A stretch of DNA of 64,000 bases from an uncultured Thermoleophilia bacterium. GTDB taxonomy: Bacteria > Actinomycetota > Thermoleophilia > UBA2241. Shown here one piece after another: positions 56,026-64,000 of this stretch. The translations under genes were made by a program, and so were the position numbers. The notes beneath the pieces were generated by a model. That model was not told the origin of the DNA. It did not search any database and saw only the letters and a program-made list of their open reading frames with translations. Numbering within the stretch: position 1 is the first letter of the stretch; each line of letters opens with the position of its first letter. Location: positions 516,783 through 580,782 of the forward strand of contig CAVQVW010000002.1 of the NCBI GenBank assembly GCA_963717285.1, written 5' to 3'.

Positions 56026-57139
56026 CGCGAGACACGCCGTCGGCGGCGCTCGGCTCGATCGAGCTGCCTGGCTCGAGGCGTGCTCCGGCACCCACGACCG
56101 TGCCGACTCCCACACTCGATCTCTCGCCGATGACCACATCTTCGTGGACCACGGCGTGCTCGCGGACGATGACATGGCGGCCGATGATGCTCCCCATCAT
56201 GCGGGATCCCTGGCCCGCCTTGACCCCGTCCCAGTGGATGACCCCGTCGAGGATCGCGGCGCGCTCGATGACACTCCCGTCACCCACGATCAGGGGTCCG
56301 ATGAGCCGCGCCTCTGACTCCACCAGGCAGCCAGCTCCGATGAGCACCGGCGGCTCAAGGTAGGCTCCCGGTTCGATCACCGTCCCCTCCCCCGCCCACA
56401 CACTGGGAGCGATCTCGCGCCCCGGCTTGTCGAGAGCGACGCGGCCCAGCAGGGCATCGAAGTTGCTCAGCCTGTACTGCTCGATATTGCCGACGTCGTT
56501 CCAATAGCTGCATAACTCCCAGCGGTGAAAGCGGACGCCGTCGGCAAGCAGCGCCGGAAAGACGTCTCGGGCCCAATCGCTGAAGGCTCCCGCCGGGACG
56601 TAGTCGAAGATCTGTGGCTCGAACGCGTAGATGCCGCAGTTGCACCATCGCGAGAGGGCCTCCGCGACCGGCGGCTTCTCCTGAAAGCCGATGATCCGGC
56701 TCTCGCCGTCAGCCACGACCACGCCGTAGAGCGAGGGGTCTGCCACCTCTTTGACGGCCATCGTCGCGATTCCCCCAGAGGCACGATGGGCGGCCACGAA
56801 GGCCGTGAGGTCGATGTCGGTCAGCCCGTCGCCACTGACGACCACGAAGGTGCCATCCGCGAACAGGTCGCGAAACGCGCCGACGCCGCCGGCCGTGCCG
56901 AGCAGTTCGTCCTCCACGTTGTAGCGAAGGTGCACACCGAACGCCGACCCGTCGCCGAAGTAGGTCCTGATCATGTCCGGGTGATAGTGGAGGTTGGCCG
57001 CCACGTCGAGGGCGCCATGACGACGCAGCAGGTGCAGCATGTGCTCCATCACGGGTCGATTCAGGATCGGCACCATGGGCTTGGCCGTAAGGCCCGTCAG
57101 CGGGTGCAGCCGTGTGCCCAGGCCGGCGGCCATGATCAT
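56018..57139 (-). CDS. sugar-phosphate nucleotidyltransferase (ManC/GlmU-like) with left-handed beta-helix C-domain
   Basis: MIMAAGLGTRLHPLT..KPMVPI, GTAGGV, then hexapeptide repeats (IGAGCLVESEARLIGPLIVGDGSVIE...). Start at ATG 57139 or ATG 57133. The upstream 168 codons of the track ORF are Arg-rich artefact. Confidence 0.7.
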   Translation of the reverse strand: MIMAAGLGTRLHPLTGLTAKPMVPILNRPVMEHMLHLLRRHGALDVAANLHYHPDMIRTYFGDGSAFGVHLRYNVEDELLGTAGGVGAFRDLFADGTFVVVSGDGLTDIDLTAFVAAHRASGGIATMAVKEVADPSLYGVVVADGESRIIGFQEKPPVAEALSRWCNCGIYAFEPQIFDYVPAGAFSDWARDVFPALLADGVRFHRWELCSYWNDVGNIEQYRLSNFDALLGRVALDKPGREIAPSVWAGEGTVIEPGAYLEPPVLIGAGCLVESEARLIGPLIVGDGSVIERAAILDGVIHWDGVKAGQGSRMMGSIIGRHVIVREHAVVHEDVVIGERSSVGVGTVVGAGARLEPGSSIEPSAADGVSRDA

Positions 57140-57195
57140 CGCCTTCCAGGGCGAGGCCGGCCGCGCCGTTGCCTGGTCCGCGAAGGGTCGGGTCG

Positions 57196-58302
57196 TCACG
57201 CCTGACACTCCGCGTCCCGGCAGACCGCCGCCAGAGCCGCGCCGTACGGCGGCCGCAGCACGCCGGCGTCGGTGATGATGGCTGTGATGTTGGCCGCCGG
57301 AGTGACGTCGAAGGCCGGATGACGCGCTTGGGCCCCGACCGGTGCCACCTGCAAGCCGCGGAACGACGTGACCTCCGAGGGGTCGCGTTCCTCGATGGGG
57401 ATGTCGTCCCCGGACGAGATGCTGGTATCGACCGTGGACAGCGGCGCGGCGACGCAGAACGGCACACCGTGCTCCTTGGCGAGCACGGACACGGTGTAGG
57501 TCCCGATCTTGTTCGCGGTGTCGCCGTTGGCGGCGATCCTGTCGGCGCCGACGACGACGCCGCTGATCTCGCCACGGCTGAAGAAGTGCCCCGCCATGCT
57601 GTCGCTGATCAGATGGTAGGGGATGCCCTCGACGCCGAGTTCCCACGCGGTGAGGCGCGCGCCCTGGAGCCAGGGACGGGTCTCGTCGACGAGCACAGTG
57701 ATGTCGGGGTGCAGCGCGTACGCCGAGCGGATGACGCCGAGCGCCGTGCCATAGCCCGCCGTCGCCAGCGCGCCGGCGTTGCAGTGCGTTAGGATGCGGT
57801 CGCCGGCGGCGAACAGCGAAGCGCCGTACTCACCGATGCGCAGGCAGCGCTCGACGTCGTCGAGCAGAATGGCCTGCGCCCGCTCCAGCAGTTGAGCCGC
57901 GCAGACCGCCGGCGCATCGGCACACGATGTCCACACGGTGCGCATCTGTTCGACCGCCCAACGGAGGTTCACAGCGGTCGGGCGCGTCGCCAGCAGCCCC
58001 TCGGCGGCCCCCTCCAGCGCGGCCTTGAACTGCGCCGGATCGCGCTGCCCGTCGGCCGCGGCCCGCGCCGCGAGGGCCAATCCACCAGCCGCCGTGACGC
58101 CGATCGCCGGCGCCCCTCGGACGGTCATGTCGCTGATGCTCCGCGCGACCTCCCGCCACGTACGACAGTGCACGTAGCGTTCCTCGGAGGGAAGCGCCAC
58201 CTGATCGATGAGCACGACCTCGTCGGCGAGGATGTCTACCGTGCGTACGCGAAGCCGCGAGACACCGGAGGGCGACTCTGTCTTCAGATGCTGCTCAGTC
58301 AA
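57196..58302 (-). CDS. mtnA: S-methyl-5-thioribose-1-phosphate isomerase (eIF-2B-like)
   Basis: VRGAPAIGVTAAGGLAL..., ILTHCNAGALATAGYGTALGVIR, and GADRIAANGDTANKIGTY. Consistent with the IF-2B/MtnA family. Confidence 0.7.
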   Translation of the reverse strand: MTEQHLKTESPSGVSRLRVRTVDILADEVVLIDQVALPSEERYVHCRTWREVARSISDMTVRGAPAIGVTAAGGLALAARAAADGQRDPAQFKAALEGAAEGLLATRPTAVNLRWAVEQMRTVWTSCADAPAVCAAQLLERAQAILLDDVERCLRIGEYGASLFAAGDRILTHCNAGALATAGYGTALGVIRSAYALHPDITVLVDETRPWLQGARLTAWELGVEGIPYHLISDSMAGHFFSRGEISGVVVGADRIAANGDTANKIGTYTVSVLAKEHGVPFCVAAPLSTVDTSISSGDDIPIEERDPSEVTSFRGLQVAPVGAQARHPAFDVTPAANITAIITDAGVLRPPYGAALAAVCRDAECQA

Positions 58303-58317
58303 GGGTCGCGCCAGGGC

Positions 58318-60166
<1,849 letters not shown>

Positions 60167-60170
60167 GGGG

Positions 60171-61319
60171 TCAGACGTCGGCGACGCCGGCCAGCCTCGC
60201 CTTGAAGTCCTCGATGGCCGCGACCGGCGTGGGGTCGACGCCGTAGAGCAAGGCGAGGTAGAAGGAGGCGTAGTCGCCCAATTGGACGAGCGAGAAGAGA
60301 CGCGCCAAGCGGGAGCGGCCGTGCGCCCAGACGTGTTCCACAGCGACGCCGCGCTCCGTGAGGACCGCGGCCGTGAGCTCGGCCCGCAGCATCAGGCGCG
60401 GATCGAGCTCCTCGTCGTTGAGGAACACGGCGAGAGTCTGCGCAGACAGTGAGGGAAGGCTCGTCCACCCCATGAGCTCGTTGTGATCCAGCTCGGGCAG
60501 CTCGTTCCAGAAGGCCGGCGCCTTGGCGTTCTCGTTGATCTGACCCTTCCAGCGGCGGGCCACCGCCACCGTGGGCGCCGACCCATACGCGACGACCTGG
60601 CGACGGTGCATCAGGTGTGCCAGCCCTTTGGCCGTGGGGCCCCCCGGAGCCGGCTCGGCGCCGGTCGCGGCTGCGGCAGCCGGAGCCTCGGGGGCATGAT
60701 CCGCGTTGCCGCGGCGCAGCACAGCAGCCGCCTCCTCGACATTGCGCTGTTGAACGGCACACAGGCGGGCTGTCTCAAGGACGGCGAGCAGCGGCGCCGA
60801 CAGATAGCCGAGCGACGCGCGAGGTTGTTGGCCGCCGGGGACACGCACGTGCGGCAGACCCCCGTCGACGGCCAGGGCCGCGAGTCGCCCCCCGGACGAC
60901 ACGCAGACCGGTGTGCAGCCCCGAGCAAGGGCCGACTCCGCACAGGAGATAGTCTCCTCGGTGCCGCCCGAGTAGCTCACCGCGACGACAAGAGTCTGCG
61001 GACCGACCCAGCTCGGAAGCGCGTAGCCACGCACGACGGCTGACGGCACCTTCAGCTCAGGCAGGGCGGCGAGCACGATGTCCGCGCCGATCGCCGAGCC
61101 TCCCATGCCACAGATCACCAGGCCGGTCGGCGCGACGGAAGGGAACGGTCGGTCGGCCTCCGCTTGTCCAACAGCTCCATCCAGACTCTGGCGCGCCGTC
61201 GCATAGGCCGTCGTCAGCTGCTCGGGCAGGGCGGCGATGGCCCTGAGCATGTTCCCACGGTCGAGTGCTGCGACCGTCTCGGTCTCGAGACCGGTGCTCT
61301 CTGCCCCACCCGTGTCCAA
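60171..61319 (-). CDS. bifunctional phosphoglucose/phosphomannose isomerase (SIS-domain, PGI/PMI family)
   Basis: Two SIS-like segments (LVICGMGGSAIGADIV; VAVSYSGGTEET). Sits with the manB/manC genes. Confidence 0.6.
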   Translation of the reverse strand: MDTGGAESTGLETETVAALDRGNMLRAIAALPEQLTTAYATARQSLDGAVGQAEADRPFPSVAPTGLVICGMGGSAIGADIVLAALPELKVPSAVVRGYALPSWVGPQTLVVAVSYSGGTEETISCAESALARGCTPVCVSSGGRLAALAVDGGLPHVRVPGGQQPRASLGYLSAPLLAVLETARLCAVQQRNVEEAAAVLRRGNADHAPEAPAAAAATGAEPAPGGPTAKGLAHLMHRRQVVAYGSAPTVAVARRWKGQINENAKAPAFWNELPELDHNELMGWTSLPSLSAQTLAVFLNDEELDPRLMLRAELTAAVLTERGVAVEHVWAHGRSRLARLFSLVQLGDYASFYLALLYGVDPTPVAAIEDFKARLAGVADV

Positions 61320-61320
61320 C

Positions 61321-62667
61321 TCAGACCTCCCGGATGGTCCCGAGGACCAGATCGCGCTTCTCCTCCATCAACTCCTCGTTGTCCGCACCGAGGTTGAGGC
61401 GCAGAAGCGGCTCCGTGTTCGAAGGACGCACGTTGAAGTGCCAATGGTCGTAGTCGACGGAGATGCCGTCCAGATGAGTGATCTCACCGTCGCCGAAACG
61501 CGCCTCGAGGCGTCGCAGCGCTCCGTCGACATCGGCGACCGTCGAGTTGATCTCGCCGCTCATGAAGTACTTGGTACGCAGCGGCTCGAGCAGTTCGGCG
61601 AGGGTGGCCTTCTTGCGTGAGAGAAGATCGAGGATCAGCAGTACGGGGATGAATCCGGAATCGACGTTGTAGTTGTCGCTGAAGTAGTAATGCCCCGACA
61701 CCTCGCCGCCGAACAGGGCTCCCTCGCGCCGCATGCGCTGCTTGAAGAACGCGTGCCCGACGCGATTGAGCAGCGGGACTCCGCCGTTGACGCTGATGAC
61801 GTCGGGCACGGCGCGGCTGGCGCGCAGGTCGTAGAGGATGGCCGCACCGGGCCTCTCAAGCAACAGCGCCTCGGCGAGCAGGGCGGTGACGAAGTCGCCG
61901 GGCACGAAGTCGCCGGCTTCGTCGATGAAGAAGCAGCGGTCGGCGTCGCCGTCCCAGGCGATGCCGAGATCGGCCTTCTCGGCCTTGACGCGCTCGCGAA
62001 GCTCGCGGCGGTTCTCCTCGAGCAGCGGATTCGGCTCGTGGTTGGGGAACGTGCCGTCGACCTCGAAGTACATCTCCACCCTGTCGATCGGGGTGTCATC
62101 GAAGAGCCGCTGGGCGAGCTTGCCGGCCACCCCATTGGCCGCGTCCATGACGACACGGTAGGGTGCAAAGGCGGTGACGTCGACGAGCCTGTTCAGATGG
62201 TCCACATACGCGGGATACAGGTCGACCCCGTCCTGCGTGACCTCTAGGCTCGTCGCGGGGAGGCCGGCCATGGTCTGGCAACGCTGCTTGAGCTCGGGAA
62301 TGCCGGCGTCGCCGCTGAGCGGCAGCGCCCCGGCGGCGACGAGCTTCATCCCGTTGTACTGCGGCGGGTTGTGAGACGCGGTGATCATGGTCCCCCCGTC
62401 CAGCGCCCGCGAGGCCACGCCGAAGTAGAGCATCTCGGTCGGCACCAGCCCGAAGTCGGCGGTCCTGACCCCGGCTGCGGCGGCGCCCGCGGCGAATGCG
62501 TCGAGGAGCCCCCGCGACGAGGGCCGCGGGTCCATGCCGGCGCCGAACGCGGACGCGCCCAGCTGCTGGGCCAGCGCCACCCCGACAATGTAGGCCGTCT
62601 CCTCAGACAGCTCCTGGGGATAGAGACCTCGCACGTCGTAGGCCTTGAAGATGCTGTCGGGGATCAT
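61321..62667 (-). CDS. manB: phosphomannomutase/phosphoglucomutase
   Basis: Active-site TASHNPPQYNGMKL, metal loop WDGDADRCFF, sugar-binding GGEVSGHYYF. Confidence 0.85.
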   Translation of the reverse strand: MIPDSIFKAYDVRGLYPQELSEETAYIVGVALAQQLGASAFGAGMDPRPSSRGLLDAFAAGAAAAGVRTADFGLVPTEMLYFGVASRALDGGTMITASHNPPQYNGMKLVAAGALPLSGDAGIPELKQRCQTMAGLPATSLEVTQDGVDLYPAYVDHLNRLVDVTAFAPYRVVMDAANGVAGKLAQRLFDDTPIDRVEMYFEVDGTFPNHEPNPLLEENRRELRERVKAEKADLGIAWDGDADRCFFIDEAGDFVPGDFVTALLAEALLLERPGAAILYDLRASRAVPDVISVNGGVPLLNRVGHAFFKQRMRREGALFGGEVSGHYYFSDNYNVDSGFIPVLLILDLLSRKKATLAELLEPLRTKYFMSGEINSTVADVDGALRRLEARFGDGEITHLDGISVDYDHWHFNVRPSNTEPLLRLNLGADNEELMEEKRDLVLGTIREV

Positions 62668-63827
62668 CGTCCCTCTCTTCCACGAAGCCCGTCCGAGAAC
62701 TGGACGGCATTGTCCGGCACGACCGTGCCCGGATAGAGGCAGATGCCTCCGGCAAGGCGATTCCCGGCACCGACCGAACAGTCCTCGCCCAGGACGGCGC
62801 CGCTCAACTGAGTCCCTGCGCCGACACTGCTGCGCCGTACCATGACGCTGCGGTCGACCTGCGCATGCGGGCCGATCGAGACACCCTCCTGAACCACCGA
62901 CTCAAGCACCGACGCGCCCTCGGCGACCACAGCGCCGGCGCCCAGTACGGCGAGCGGTCCGACCTTGGCCCCCGGCCCCACGGAGACGCCCTCCCCCACA
63001 TAGCACGGCGGGACCAGATGCGCACTGGGATCGAGTCTCGCCGAAGGCGCCACGTACAGGTACTGCTCGCCGAGGATGCCGGCGATCGTGGTGTCGACGG
63101 ACCGCTCGAGGATGTCGAAGTGAGCCTGCAGGTAGCTGTCGGGGGTGCCGATGTCGCGCCAGTATCCGCCATCCACGTAGCCGTACAGCGAGCCCGCCCT
63201 AGCCAGCTTGGGGAAGACGCCCCGTTCTATCGAGAAGAGGCGGCCGCGAGGTACCATCTCGAGGACCTCCGGCTCCAGCACGTAGACGCCGGCGTTGATC
63301 AGCGCGGCCCCCTGCCACTCCCCTGGCTTCTCCAGGAAGTCCGCGACGCTGCCGTCCTCGCGCAACTCGACCAAGCCGTAGCGGCGCGGATCATCGACCG
63401 GTGTCAGGAAGATCGTCGCCATGCCGCCCTTGGAGGCGTGCAGTTGCGCCAGCGCCGTAAGATCCACATCGCTGAGCACGTCGCCGTTGAAGACCAGGAA
63501 TGGGCCATCGTCCAGCAGCTCTTCGCAGTTGGCGATCGCACCCGCGGTGCCGAGGGGTTCCGCCTCTACGGCGTAGTCGACCTGGAGACCGTAGGCGGAC
63601 CCGTCACCGATCTCCGCCTCGATGGCCGCCGCCAGGAAGCCAGTCGAGAAGATGGCGCGGCGCACCTCGTGGCGAGCCAGAAGGTCGAGGATGTACGCGA
63701 CGAAGGGGCGCTCCACGACCGGCGCGACCGGCTTGGGCGCTCTCGAGGTGATCGGCCGCAGACGAGTTCCCGCCCCCCCGACGAGGATGACCGCCTGCTC
63801 GGGGAGTCCTTCGCTCTTCCTGCTCAC
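62664..63827 (-). CDS. manC: mannose-1-phosphate guanylyltransferase-like nucleotidyltransferase
   Basis: AVILVGGAGTRLRPITSRAPKPV, GTAGAI, and a C-terminal hexapeptide-repeat domain. Paralogous to 56018..57139. Confidence 0.75.
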   Translation of the reverse strand: MSRKSEGLPEQAVILVGGAGTRLRPITSRAPKPVAPVVERPFVAYILDLLARHEVRRAIFSTGFLAAAIEAEIGDGSAYGLQVDYAVEAEPLGTAGAIANCEELLDDGPFLVFNGDVLSDVDLTALAQLHASKGGMATIFLTPVDDPRRYGLVELREDGSVADFLEKPGEWQGAALINAGVYVLEPEVLEMVPRGRLFSIERGVFPKLARAGSLYGYVDGGYWRDIGTPDSYLQAHFDILERSVDTTIAGILGEQYLYVAPSARLDPSAHLVPPCYVGEGVSVGPGAKVGPLAVLGAGAVVAEGASVLESVVQEGVSIGPHAQVDRSVMVRRSSVGAGTQLSGAVLGEDCSVGAGNRLAGGICLYPGTVVPDNAVQFSDGLRGREGR

Positions 63828-64000
63828 ACCACGACCTGGGCAGGCTCGCCGGCCGGCAGCGGCTCGTCCTCCGAGACCCCGATGGCCTCGTACTCCATTC
63901 CGGCCGCCGCAGCCACGGCAGGGTCGATGCAGTTGCGGCCATCGATCACGATCGGGCGCCGCATCGCCGCCGCCGCGGCGACCCAGTCGAGGCGCACGTA
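63824..64000 (-). CDS. nucleotide-sugar (UDP-glucose/GDP-mannose) 6-dehydrogenase, C-terminal fragment (gene continues beyond window)
   Basis: Minus frame reads ...YVRLDWVAAAAAMRRPIVIDGRNCIDPAVAAAAGMEYEAIGVSEDEPLPAGEPAQVVV*. The IVIDGRN..D......GxEYxGIG pattern is typical of UDPG/GMD dehydrogenase C-termini. Its stop overlaps the manC start. Confidence 0.45.
   Translation of the reverse strand, partial: YVRLDWVAAAAAMRRPIVIDGRNCIDPAVAAAAGMEYEAIGVSEDEPLPAGEPAQVVV

Overview
This is a roughly 70% GC, actinobacterium-like chromosomal window carrying about 55 genes, most of them housekeeping. Every call below comes from reading the translated ORFs and the nucleotide sequence; no database search was run.

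Gene order from left to right:
- A DUF2252 protein and a TMEM175/DUF1211 channel-family protein.
- acs (AMP-forming acetyl-CoA synthetase) followed by two tandem paralogous Pat/PatZ-type lysine acetyltransferases, each an NDP-forming acyl-CoA synthetase-like N-terminus plus a C-terminal GNAT domain.
- The conserved block SRP RNA, dnaX, ybaB, recR.
- A minus-strand trio of a lipoprotein, a secreted Cys/His protein and a tocopherol-cyclase-family protein.
- A CtpF-like P-type ATPase, nth, and a fused hydantoinase A/B 5-oxoprolinase.
- A six-gene Hdr/MetFV/MvhD cluster led by a giant 1481-aa HdrA-like flavoprotein. It looks like an NAD(P)H-linked, possibly electron-bifurcating, methylene-tetrahydrofolate reductase module and is the most unusual system here.
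- A small redox cluster: VOC protein, glutaredoxin-thioredoxin-reductase fusion, PPOX-family protein, nitroreductase.
- An MFS transporter and a complete trpEGDCFBA operon.
- crcB with a DUF190 gene, tRNA-Val, and a DEAD-box helicase.
- An adenosine-deaminase-family gene whose conserved N-terminus lies upstream of any canonical start codon.
- prfB with a classic programmed +1 frameshift site.
- secA, hpf, comF, a nucleotidyltransferase, mtnA, ahcY, a bifunctional PGI/PMI isomerase, manB, manC and a truncated nucleotide-sugar dehydrogenase.

No CRISPR arrays, transposases or integrases were recognised. Many long Arg/Ala-rich ORFs antisense to real genes are GC-composition artefacts.
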